Source: Deltaproteobacteria bacterium (lineage in GTDB: Bacteria > Myxococcota_A > Polyangia > Polyangiales > Houyiibacteriaceae). From it: a DNA stretch of 64,000 nucleotides. The position numbers were made by a program, and so were the translations under genes. Shown piece after piece: positions 1 through 8,836 of this stretch (position 1 is its first letter; each line of letters starts with the position of its first letter). Below the pieces are notes generated by a model. It worked only from the letters and a program-made list of their open reading frames with translations. It had not been told where the DNA came from and ran no database searches. The stretch covers positions 32,001-96,000 of the forward strand of contig JAXMNT010000013.1 of the NCBI GenBank assembly GCA_034670305.1, read 5' to 3'.

Positions 1-153
1 GTCGGGGTCACCACCATGGTGGTCGGCATGGGCATGGCGCAGAACCTCAACCTCGCCATCCCGGTCGACGTGTTGAAGGAGCAGATCAAAGAGGAGTACC
101 CCGACCGCCGGTCCGCGGGCGGCGGTCCCATCGATGGGCTCGGCACATGGTGA
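1..153 (+). CDS. 3' end of a trypsin-like (HtrA/DegP-type) serine protease, partial
   Basis: Frame 1 reads VGVTTMVVGMGMAQNLNLAIPVDVLKEQI...W-stop, like the VVGI...NLNFAIP tail of S1C proteases. Confidence 0.55.
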   Translation, partial: VGVTTMVVGMGMAQNLNLAIPVDVLKEQIKEEYPDRRSAGGGPIDGLGTW

Positions 154-166
154 AGCGGAGGCGCGC

Positions 167-1627
167 GTGAACAAACGCCAGCGGCTCATGCTCGTGCTGC
201 TCCCGGCGCTCCTCGGCGGACTGGGCTTCTTCGCGTACCTGCGCCTCGACGGGGCGACCGTGCCCGATCTGAGCGCCGTCGCCGCGGCTGCCGAAGTCGC
301 CGAACGCGAGGCGGACGGCGAAGGCGGCGAAGCGACCGACACGACCGAGGTCGCCGGTACCGACACGCCGGTGCCCCCTGGGGTCGACGGCGGCCCGCCC
401 GTGGATGCCGGCGCCCCGGTGGAACTCACCCAGCTTCGCGTCGTGGGTCTCGGCGCCGATTCGCTCGCCCCCGGCATCCTCGCCAACGGCGGCCGCGAAG
501 GCGGCCCGGAGAGTCGGTTCACCGCCGCGGGTCTCTCGGCAACCTTTCGCGCTTCAGACGACGCCTCAGCGGTGGAACGCGCGCTGGCGCTCGGTGGCGA
601 TGCCGAAGATGGCGCCCACCTCATCGTCTTGCCGCTCCCCACCTTCGTCGCGTCGTACGAACGGCTCAAGGCGCTCGACCCGCGCATCGTCGGTGTCGCC
701 GCCTGGTCCAGCGGACGGGACGCGTTCTACGGTCCGTCCCGGGACAGCCTGGCCGAACGAAGGCGCGGGAACGTGCGCCTGTGCGGACCACGCAGCGGCC
801 CCGCCACCTTCCTCTCCCTCTACCTGCTCGAACTCTCCGGAACCGGACTCGACGCCATCACAGTGGCTGAGAACAACTGCGTGAGCGAGTACCTCTCGGT
901 GGACCGCGGGGGCAGCACCGAAGGCAACGCGTCGAGGCTGGTCGCGACCACCGCGGATGCGTCCACGCTGATTCCGTGGGTCTTCGTCGCACCGGAAGCG
1001 ATGGTCGAAGGCGAGGCGGAGCGTGGTGTCTTGGCCCGCTGGATGAAGGTCTGGTTCGAAGGGGTCTCCACGCTGCGCTCGGACGTACCCGGCGGCGCCC
1101 GCACGATCGCAGGCGAGACCAGCGCGGACCCGGTCTCGTTGCTTCAAAGGCTCGGACAGGTCGAGATCGCGGACCTCGCGCAGAACGCGGCGGCGTTCGG
1201 ACTCTCCGGGAGGGACTCGGTGACGATCGGCAGCCTGTTCGGCGAGACCTGGCGGGTCTGGCGCACCACCGGCGTGCTCGCGACGCCAGCGCCGGAGTCC
1301 GTGCCGCTCGACACCCGGGTGGTCGCAGCGGCGGTCCGCGCGAGCTCGGCGCGTCCGGAAGCGCCCAGTCGAAGTGCGCCCTCGTTCGACACCCACGTCC
1401 TGCTCAGCCATCGGCTCAGCGCCGAGGAGCGGGCCGACGTCGTGCATCGGATCGGCTGGCTCGCGGGTCTCTTCCCCCGGTCGGGGATCGAACTGCGCTC
1501 GAGCCAGAACGAAGGCCGCCGCAACGCGATCGTGCAAGAAGCCCGAGCCCGGTTCGGGCTGTCGGAAGAACGGGTTCGAGCGCGACGCGGGCGGCAGGAC
1601 ACGCTCGTCGTCTACGCCGTTCAGTAA
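167..1627 (+). CDS. Membrane-anchored ABC-type (NMT1/SsuA-like) substrate-binding protein with degenerate OmpA-like tail
   Basis: GTG at 167 after GGAGG; N-terminal TM helix; GILANGG and WSSGRDA segments resemble myxobacterial SBP/OmpA proteins. Confidence 0.55.
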   Translation: MNKRQRLMLVLLPALLGGLGFFAYLRLDGATVPDLSAVAAAAEVAEREADGEGGEATDTTEVAGTDTPVPPGVDGGPPVDAGAPVELTQLRVVGLGADSLAPGILANGGREGGPESRFTAAGLSATFRASDDASAVERALALGGDAEDGAHLIVLPLPTFVASYERLKALDPRIVGVAAWSSGRDAFYGPSRDSLAERRRGNVRLCGPRSGPATFLSLYLLELSGTGLDAITVAENNCVSEYLSVDRGGSTEGNASRLVATTADASTLIPWVFVAPEAMVEGEAERGVLARWMKVWFEGVSTLRSDVPGGARTIAGETSADPVSLLQRLGQVEIADLAQNAAAFGLSGRDSVTIGSLFGETWRVWRTTGVLATPAPESVPLDTRVVAAAVRASSARPEAPSRSAPSFDTHVLLSHRLSAEERADVVHRIGWLAGLFPRSGIELRSSQNEGRRNAIVQEARARFGLSEERVRARRGRQDTLVVYAVQ

Positions 1628-1724
1628 GTCCCGGGCGACGGAACACGAACAGCCGCTCCACAAGGCATGTGGGCGGCTGCTTGGCGAGGACCTCGGGCGA
1701 CGACGCCCGGAGGTCGAGGAAGTA

Positions 1725-2018
1725 CTATTTGGCTCGGAAGACGATCATGCCGTGGCTGAGATCGTAGGGGCTCAAGGCCACCGTCACGCGATCGCCGAGA
1801 ATGACGCGGATGCGGAACTTGCGCATGCGGCCGCAGAGCTGGGCCCGCACCTTGGCACCGTTGTCCGTCTCGATCTCGAACTGTCCGCCAGCGAAGACGT
1901 TGATCACCGTGCCATCAAGTTTGATGTGGTCATCACGCTTCTCCATCTGGGTGAAATCGCGGCGTTTTTTCTTCTTGCCGCCGCCCCGCCTGGGGGGCCT
2001 TCGCTTCCTGGTCGCCAA
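1725..2018 (-). CDS. infA: Translation initiation factor IF-1 (stand-alone paralog; alternative start ATG 1946)
   Basis: GTVINVFAGGQFEIETDNG...GRMRKFRIRVILGDRVTVALSPYDLSHGMIVFR is the IF-1 signature; TTG at 2018 preceded by AGAGGA. Confidence 0.93.
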   Translation of the reverse strand: MATRKRRPPRRGGGKKKKRRDFTQMEKRDDHIKLDGTVINVFAGGQFEIETDNGAKVRAQLCGRMRKFRIRVILGDRVTVALSPYDLSHGMIVFRAK

Positions 2019-2182
2019 AATTCCTCTATTCGTTTCTGGGGGTGTGGAGTCGACTTCAAAAGCTGAAGCCGCGGGCACCCTAATGCCGGACGGGTGCACT
2101 TGCCACCGCCCGGGACGGGAGATAGCAGATCATCGAACCGGCGCTAATCGCCGGCCCCGATGTGTTCCTGGGATATTCGACG

Positions 2183-2346
2183 CGGCGAAGCCGAGCGAAG
2201 CGAGCAAGCCGTGTCACCGGGACGGGGTTTGGGGGCTGTGCCCCCAAGAATATCGTCTCTCGCGAGGGAGGCTCTGCTTCAGAGCCGTTTCCCAGGGCCC
2301 CAAGAAAGCCGAAGGCGTCTGGGCCCGCAGGAACCCCGCGAGAGAC
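2183..2346. other. Structured intergenic element (REP-like hairpin plus three-way junction)
   Basis: Inverted repeats TTGGGGGC/GCCCCCAA (2229-2247), GTCTCTCGCG/CGCGAGAGAC (2255-2346), GGCTCTG/CAGAGCC (2270-2286), GGGCCC..GGGCCC (2295-2326). Confidence 0.6.
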
Positions 2347-2370
2347 CAGCAATATTGGGGCGGTCGACCC

Positions 2371-5300
2371 CTATGGGCAGAGGGTGCCTGCCCCGGTGTT
2401 GGCGTCGCCCCAGCCCTGCTCGAGCACGCCGCTCGGGCTCGCGCCCCAAGCGGTGAGCGCGGCGCAGGGGTCGAGGACGAAGGCATCCGTCCCGAAGTTG
2501 GCCCGCTCGTCGAAGGTGCCCGAGCCGGTCGGGTTGCCGTAGAGCAGCGGGTGGACGGGCGTGAATGCGTCGTACATCTCCCACTGGTCGACGACTTCGC
2601 TGGTCGTCCCATTGTCCACGATGACGTATACGATCGGGTTCACCCCTCGGTAGTCGACGGCGAACCCGAAGGTGGCGCTCATGTTGGTGTACGGGGTGAT
2701 GTAGATGATGTTCTGCCACATGCCGCCGCTCGTGTTGATCGAGATGCTGGGCGGGACGTTGTCGGCGCTGTAGGGGTTGAGGTCCCCGTCCCAGATCGCG
2801 ACGCCGCCGCCCTGGTTCACGGTGCCCCCGAGGCGGGTGAGCTCGTAGTACCAGAACTCGCCGTAGAGCCCTTGGTTGGCGCGGATGCCCATCTTGTCGA
2901 CGGCCACCCACTGCGCGCTGCGCGCGTCGCCGCTGAGCACGATGCCGGCCCCGCGGTTCGGGTCGGTGAGATCGAGCTCGACCGGATCGAACTGCGGAAG
3001 CGTGCCGGTCACGGTGACGAGCACGATCGCCTGTCGGCGTCCGCCGTCCGAATCGGTGATGGTCGCCCGAAGCGGATGCAGACCGAGCTGGGTGGGGGTC
3101 ACGGTGAACGATCCCCCTGAGCCGGAGACCCGCTCGTTGTACACGGTCGCCATGTCCTCCCACTGAATCATGGAGGTCAGCGTTCCGTCCTCGGCGTCGG
3201 AGGCGGTCGCGGTGACGGTCACCGGAGAGCCGAGCGCGATGGACTGGTCGGAGCTCACACTCAGCGTCGGCCGCGTGTTCAGCGTGCCCATGCCGGTGTC
3301 GCCGAAGCCCAGCACGAGGTTGTCGGCCACCTCCTCCAGCGGGTCCGAAGCGCTCGGATCGTCGGCCCGCAGGATCGCCTCCGGGTCGTAGTAGAACGGC
3401 CGGTTGGTCGTGTCGTTGCCGAAGTTGATCGACGCCTCCGGACCGACCTTGCGGCGGGCGCCCGTCAACATCACGTGCAGCGGCGCCGTCATCATGTTCA
3501 TCGTCACGCTGGCTTCCACGATGGGCGTTCCGTAGTTGTCGACGATCATATGCACGATCGGGTTCGCGCCGCGGTAGTCGACGACGAACCCGTAGGTGTC
3601 GGTGGAGTAGCGATCGAAGCCGCCGAGGTACCCGCCGTTGTAGAAGTAGGACCCCCCGGTGTCGGTGGAGAAACCGTCTCCGTCTTGGCCCGGGAACGAG
3701 TGGAAGGCGATCGTGGTTCCGCCAACGCCGATGTTCATCAACCCGAGCGGCGTGTTCACACACCCTTCGGGCGCTTCGGTTGCGTCGCAGTCGTGCGGAC
3801 GGATGGTGCCTTCGAAGTAGTAGACCTCGGTCCCACCGCTCGCGACGGAGCAGTCGGAGCGCACGCCCGATGCGTTCAAAGAGTTCCACTCGATCGATTG
3901 GCCGTCCGCGCTGACGACGAGGTCCGTGTCCGGGCTCTTGTCGGTGCGGCTGAGCTCGCAATGGAAGGTGCCCGGGGCGGTGGTGACCACCATGTCCATC
4001 GCGATGTCCGTGAACCCATTGGCGTCCGTGACCCGCTGCCGGACCGTGTACGTGCCCGCGTCGGTGTACGTGTGCGCGGTCGCCGCCGCGAACCCGCCGC
4101 CCTCGCCGAAGTCGTAGTGCGTCTGCGTGATCGCCGCGTCTCCCGCGGTGGCCATGCTCGACACCGTGACCATGACTGGCGTCGTGCCACTCGTCGGTGT
4201 GACCGTGAACGCCGCCGTCGGTCCGATGACGCAGGTGTTGCCCACGCAGCCGTCGGTGGCGCAGTCGCCCGCACCCACGCACATGTCGCCGCGTGCACAG
4301 CCGGGGCAGCTGCTGCCGCAGTCGGTGTCGGTCTCGGTCCCGTTCATGATCCCGTCGGAACACGAGGGGCCCTGGCAGACCATGCCGGTGCAGACGCCGC
4401 TGTCGCAGTCCGCGCCGATGCCGCACGCGTCGCCGGGCATACACGCGGAGCAGCTGCCGCCACAGTCGTTGTCGGTCTCGTCGCCGTTGAGCACTCCGTC
4501 GGTGCAGCTCGGCGCCGCGCACGTCATGCCCATGCACACGCCGCTCGTGCAGTCGGTCCCGCCGACACACATGTCGCCCACGCCGCAGTCGGCACAGGTG
4601 CCACCACCGCAATCGTCGTCGGTCTCGTCGCCGTTCGTCACACCGTCCGAACACGTCGGGGTCTGGCAGATCATGCCGCTGCAGACGCTGCTCGCGCAGT
4701 CGGCCGCCCCGCCACAGGCGCCACCGTCCGCGCATCCCATGCAGCCGCCGCCGCAGTCGACGCCGGTCTCGGCGCCGTTCATGACGCCATCGGTGCAGCT
4801 CGCGGAGCACATCATCGCGGTGCACGCTCCGGTGACGCAGTCGCTGCCGCGCTCACATCCGGCGCCGAGCGAACACGCATCGCAACCGCCGCCGCAATCG
4901 GTGTCGGTCTCACTTCCGTTGCGGACTCCGTCGTCACAGGCGGGCGACGCACAGAACCCGCCGGTGCACACGGCCGAGATGCAGTCCATGCCGTCGCCGC
5001 AGCGCTGCCCGACCCCACACACACCACAGCTGCCGCCACAGTCGACGTCGGTCTCGTCGCCGTTCCGCACGCCGTCGCCGCAGCCGGCCGCCACACACAT
5101 GCCGTCGATGCTGCACACCGAGGTGCTGCAGTCGCCACCCACCGCGCAGCCCTCGCCGAGCCCGCACGTGCCGCAGCGCGTGCCGCCACAGTCCACGTCC
5201 GTCTCGCCACCGTTCTGGGCTCCGTCGCTGCAGGTTGCGGCCACACAGAATCCGCCGCTGCAGACCGACTCGACGCAGTCGGTGCCGCCGCCACAGCGCT

Positions 5301-6837
5301 GACCCACCGCGCAGGCGCCGCAGCTGCCGCCGCAATCGACATCGGACTCGTCGCCGTTGCGCACGCCGTCCGTACACGCGGCCATCGCGCAGACGAGACC
5401 CACGCACGTCCCGGTCGAACAATCGCCACCCAGCACACACATGTCGCCGAGTCCGCACGGGTCGCATCGGCCGCCGCCGCAGTCCACGTCGGTCTCCGCG
5501 CCGTTGCGTTCCCCATCAGCGCACGACGGGCTCGCGCAGAACCCATCGGTGCAGACCGTGGTCACGCAATCCATGCCTTCGCCGCAGCGTTGGCCCACCG
5601 AACAATCGGCGCAGCTGCCGCCGCAGTCCACGTCGGTCTCGTCTCCGTTGCGCACGCGGTCCCCGCAGCCCGAGGCCACGCAGACGTCCGCGGCACACAC
5701 GCCACTGCGGCAGTCGGCACCGACATCGCAGCCCTCGGCGTCGTCGCAGGGGTCGCAGCGACCACCGCAGTCCACGTCGGTCTCTCCCCCGTTCTGCACC
5801 GCGTCGGTGCAAGTCGCCGTTTGACAGACCACGTCGCACACCCCGCTCGCGCAGTCCGCGGCCACGCCGCACGCGCGATCGACCGGACAGACGCTGCAGC
5901 TGCCGCCACAGTCGACATCGGACTCGTCGCCGTTCTGACGCCCATCGGCACAACTCGCGCTCACACAGACCGCGAGGCTGCAGACCCCACTGCCGCAGTC
6001 GGTCGGTGCGTCGCAGTTGGATCCATCCGAGCACACGGGACACGACCCACCGCAATCGATGTCGCTCTCGTCCCCGTTGCGGATGCTGTCGGAACAGGAG
6101 GGCGCGGCGCAGACGCTGCCTTCACAGATCCGACTCTCGCAATCGTCGGGGACCTCGCACGCCAGGCCCACACCGCACGCGCCGCAGTCGGGCCCACCGC
6201 AATCGGTCGCGGTCTCGTCGCCGTTCTGGGTTCCGTCGCCGCAGGAGGCGAGCACGCAAATGCTGTCCTGACACACGCCGCTCGCGCAATCGGTGCCGCC
6301 CATGCACATCGCGTCGACCGAACAACCATCGCAGGGGCCACCACAGTCGACGTCCGATTCGGTCCCGTTCTGGACACCGTCCGCGCAGGACGCGGTGGCG
6401 CAGGTGCCCGCATCGCAGACGCCGCTCGCGCAGTCGGTGCGGCTGTCACAGGACAGGCCGTCGGCGCAAGCGCCGCAGTCCGGACCGCCGCAGTCGACAT
6501 CGGTCTCCGAACCACTGCGCGTTCCATCGGCGCAGCCCGCGCCGCCGCAGCGACCGTCCACACAGAGCCCGCTCATGCAGTCCGGCCCCATCGCGCACTC
6601 CTGCCCCTCGACACACGCCAGACAGCTCCCCCCGCAGTCCAGGTCGGTCTCGTCGCCGTTCCGGATTCCGTCGTCGCACTCGGCCGGGACACACGTCCCA
6701 TCCGTGCACCGCTCGCCGGTCGCGCAGTCCGTCGCGACGACGCACTCGGGCCCCGACGCGTCGTCGTCGCCACATGCGAGCACGAACACCAGACCAAGAG
6801 ACAAGAAAACACGTGAAGACGCGGCTGTAGTGCGCAA
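2371..6837 (-). CDS. Giant Cys-rich surface lipoprotein (~1488 aa): 17 CxDGxxNGxETDxDCGG repeats, PKD, two SPRY-like domains, Ig-like domain
   Basis: TTG at 6837 after GGAGG; lipobox VLAC; repeats counted in translation; PKD motif YDFGEG..HTYTDAGTYTV; duplicated YY.E...FG.VDYRG.NPIV blocks. Confidence 0.85.
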   Translation of the reverse strand: MRTTAASSRVFLSLGLVFVLACGDDDASGPECVVATDCATGERCTDGTCVPAECDDGIRNGDETDLDCGGSCLACVEGQECAMGPDCMSGLCVDGRCGGAGCADGTRSGSETDVDCGGPDCGACADGLSCDSRTDCASGVCDAGTCATASCADGVQNGTESDVDCGGPCDGCSVDAMCMGGTDCASGVCQDSICVLASCGDGTQNGDETATDCGGPDCGACGVGLACEVPDDCESRICEGSVCAAPSCSDSIRNGDESDIDCGGSCPVCSDGSNCDAPTDCGSGVCSLAVCVSASCADGRQNGDESDVDCGGSCSVCPVDRACGVAADCASGVCDVVCQTATCTDAVQNGGETDVDCGGRCDPCDDAEGCDVGADCRSGVCAADVCVASGCGDRVRNGDETDVDCGGSCADCSVGQRCGEGMDCVTTVCTDGFCASPSCADGERNGAETDVDCGGGRCDPCGLGDMCVLGGDCSTGTCVGLVCAMAACTDGVRNGDESDVDCGGSCGACAVGQRCGGGTDCVESVCSGGFCVAATCSDGAQNGGETDVDCGGTRCGTCGLGEGCAVGGDCSTSVCSIDGMCVAAGCGDGVRNGDETDVDCGGSCGVCGVGQRCGDGMDCISAVCTGGFCASPACDDGVRNGSETDTDCGGGCDACSLGAGCERGSDCVTGACTAMMCSASCTDGVMNGAETGVDCGGGCMGCADGGACGGAADCASSVCSGMICQTPTCSDGVTNGDETDDDCGGGTCADCGVGDMCVGGTDCTSGVCMGMTCAAPSCTDGVLNGDETDNDCGGSCSACMPGDACGIGADCDSGVCTGMVCQGPSCSDGIMNGTETDTDCGSSCPGCARGDMCVGAGDCATDGCVGNTCVIGPTAAFTVTPTSGTTPVMVTVSSMATAGDAAITQTHYDFGEGGGFAAATAHTYTDAGTYTVRQRVTDANGFTDIAMDMVVTTAPGTFHCELSRTDKSPDTDLVVSADGQSIEWNSLNASGVRSDCSVASGGTEVYYFEGTIRPHDCDATEAPEGCVNTPLGLMNIGVGGTTIAFHSFPGQDGDGFSTDTGGSYFYNGGYLGGFDRYSTDTYGFVVDYRGANPIVHMIVDNYGTPIVEASVTMNMMTAPLHVMLTGARRKVGPEASINFGNDTTNRPFYYDPEAILRADDPSASDPLEEVADNLVLGFGDTGMGTLNTRPTLSVSSDQSIALGSPVTVTATASDAEDGTLTSMIQWEDMATVYNERVSGSGGSFTVTPTQLGLHPLRATITDSDGGRRQAIVLVTVTGTLPQFDPVELDLTDPNRGAGIVLSGDARSAQWVAVDKMGIRANQGLYGEFWYYELTRLGGTVNQGGGVAIWDGDLNPYSADNVPPSISINTSGGMWQNIIYITPYTNMSATFGFAVDYRGVNPIVYVIVDNGTTSEVVDQWEMYDAFTPVHPLLYGNPTGSGTFDERANFGTDAFVLDPCAALTAWGASPSGVLEQGWGDANTGAGTLCP

Positions 6838-6987
6838 GAAAACCCCTCCGATAGGCTCGGAGTATACGCAGAAATCGCACGCTTGCCCCTGTTCATGCCC
6901 GCAGCGCGCCAGGCTCGCCTCGCGACCTCTCGCGAGGTTTCTGGGAAACACGTTGACGCGTCGGGCGGAAACGCCCAGCGTTTGGGC

Positions 6988-7980
6988 ATGCTCGACATCG
7001 CCCGCCTGCAGCGGATTCGGTTGAGTTCGCGCCCAACCATTCAGCGGGCCGTGGCGATGGGGTGGTTGTGGCCGACCTACAACCTCCCCGGTCGGCGCGT
7101 GAAGATTCGATTCGAGGACTTCGATCGCGTGCCGGACGAGCCGGTCATCTACGCGATGAACCACACGGACCGGTTCAACTACTGGCCGTTTCAGTATCGT
7201 TTGTTCCGGAAGCACGACCGCTACACCGCGACCTGGGTGAAGGGGAAGTACTACGAGAGCCAGGGGGTCGGGAAGTTCATGGAACTGACCAACAACCTCC
7301 CGACCGTCTCGCGCGGGTACCTGATCGCCAAGGACTTCACCCGGACGATCGGGCGGCGACCGTCGGACGAGGAGTACACCGCGATGCGCGACGCCATCGA
7401 CGCGGCGTCTCGCGGGCAACAGGCCACCGATTCGATTCTCCCGCGCGCGCTGCACACCACGCCACGGGACATGCTCGGGCGGGCGTTCGATCCGGCCCGC
7501 GAATCGTGGGCAGAAGCCATCAACGAACTGTTCGCCGTAATGATGCGGCGGTTCGTCGAGCTGCACGACGAGGTCTTCGAAAACGGGCTCGATCTGTTGA
7601 TCTTCCCGCAAGGCACCCGATCGATTCGGCTCAGTGCCGGGCGCATCGGCATCGCGCAGATCGCGATGAAGTACCGAAAAACCATCGTGCCGATTGGCTG
7701 CAACGGCTCTGAAGTCCTCTACCCAGGCGGCAACCCGCTCGCCCGGGGCGGCGAAGTGACCTACCGGTTTGGCCACCCGATCCGCCCCGCGGACTACGCC
7801 GATGTGCAGGTGGATGGGTTCACCCCCTTCCACCCACCGGACGAACACACCCACCGTCCACAGTTTCAGGCGCTCGTCGATCGTGTGATGACCGCCATCG
7901 ACGGATTGCTCGACCCGCGCTATCGCTTTGGGGACGACCCGTCCGCAGACGGTGTGTCCGGCACCGACCGATTCCTATGA
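6988..7980 (+). CDS. Lysophospholipid/1-acylglycerol-3-phosphate acyltransferase (PlsC family)
   Basis: NHTDRFN and IFPQGTRS motifs. Confidence 0.85.
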   Translation: MLDIARLQRIRLSSRPTIQRAVAMGWLWPTYNLPGRRVKIRFEDFDRVPDEPVIYAMNHTDRFNYWPFQYRLFRKHDRYTATWVKGKYYESQGVGKFMELTNNLPTVSRGYLIAKDFTRTIGRRPSDEEYTAMRDAIDAASRGQQATDSILPRALHTTPRDMLGRAFDPARESWAEAINELFAVMMRRFVELHDEVFENGLDLLIFPQGTRSIRLSAGRIGIAQIAMKYRKTIVPIGCNGSEVLYPGGNPLARGGEVTYRFGHPIRPADYADVQVDGFTPFHPPDEHTHRPQFQALVDRVMTAIDGLLDPRYRFGDDPSADGVSGTDRFL

Positions 7981-8810
7981 ACATCTCCGACCCCAACCGC
8001 GAATCGCGTCCCGACGCGCTGACCACGAGCGCACCGCCCGTACCGGCGTCGTACCCCGCCAAGCTCTACGCCGCGGTGCACCGAGGCAACGACGGCGACC
8101 GCCGCTACTACCGACTGGCGTGCGCTGGGGCCCGCGACGTCCTCGAACTCGGCTGCGGGTTCGGCCGCATCGCACGCGCGCTGAGTGACGACGGACTGAA
8201 GGTGACCGGTGTCGACAGCGACCCCGACATGGTCGCGCTTGCACGCAAGGCGGTGCCGACCGGCCGATTCGAAGTCGCCGACATGCGCACCTTCTCGACC
8301 GAGGCGCGCTTCGACCGAGTGGTCATTCCGTACAACGGCATCTACTGCCTGCTCTCCCGCGAAGACGTGGTCCGAACCCTCCGTCTGGCCCGGCAGCACC
8401 TCGCGCCCGACGGGCTCGTCGTCTTCGACGGGTACAACGCAGAGGCGTTCCACCACGCGGGCGATGGCGATGGCGCGTGGGACGAGTCGTCGTACGTCAA
8501 GACGGTGAGTGCGCTCGGAGAGAGCTGGCGCGTCTACGAACGCAGCCGCTGGGACCGTGCGCAGCAGCGCATCGACGCGGTCTACACCCACGTGCCGGAC
8601 GGCCACCAGGCACGGAGCTTGGCGCCGGTGCCGGGCACCATCGAGGCCTGCATCCCGCAACGCTACTTGCTGGCGTCTCAAGTCGAAGGGCTCCTGGCCG
8701 ACGCAGACCTCGAGCTTCTCGCACTTCAGGGAGACTTCGACCAGAGCGCATGGGACGATGACTCGGCCGCGCTGGTCGTGGTCGCCCGAGCGGGTGGCGC
8801 GACCGCCTGA
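7977..8810 (+). CDS. Class I SAM-dependent methyltransferase
   Basis: VLELGCGFGR motif I, VTGVDSD, ADMR; ATGA overlap with upstream gene. Confidence 0.9.
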   Translation: MNISDPNRESRPDALTTSAPPVPASYPAKLYAAVHRGNDGDRRYYRLACAGARDVLELGCGFGRIARALSDDGLKVTGVDSDPDMVALARKAVPTGRFEVADMRTFSTEARFDRVVIPYNGIYCLLSREDVVRTLRLARQHLAPDGLVVFDGYNAEAFHHAGDGDGAWDESSYVKTVSALGESWRVYERSRWDRAQQRIDAVYTHVPDGHQARSLAPVPGTIEACIPQRYLLASQVEGLLADADLELLALQGDFDQSAWDDDSAALVVVARAGGATA

Positions 8811-8836
8811 ACGACCGTCGGGGGACGAGGGGAATC

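Noticed and set aside
2040-2110. tRNA-Sec suggested by GACTTCAAA
   Set aside because: No anticodon-stem pairing, T-arm GTTCG or acceptor stem
2255-2346. Hammerhead ribozyme (minus-strand three-way junction with GAAAC and UC)
   Set aside because: The required CUGANGA core is absent (reads UUCCUGC) and the stem III register does not fit
6838-7854. N-terminal 339 aa of the 1827-aa ORF
   Set aside because: Antisense shadow of the acyltransferase; RBS and lipoprotein signal point to a start at 6837
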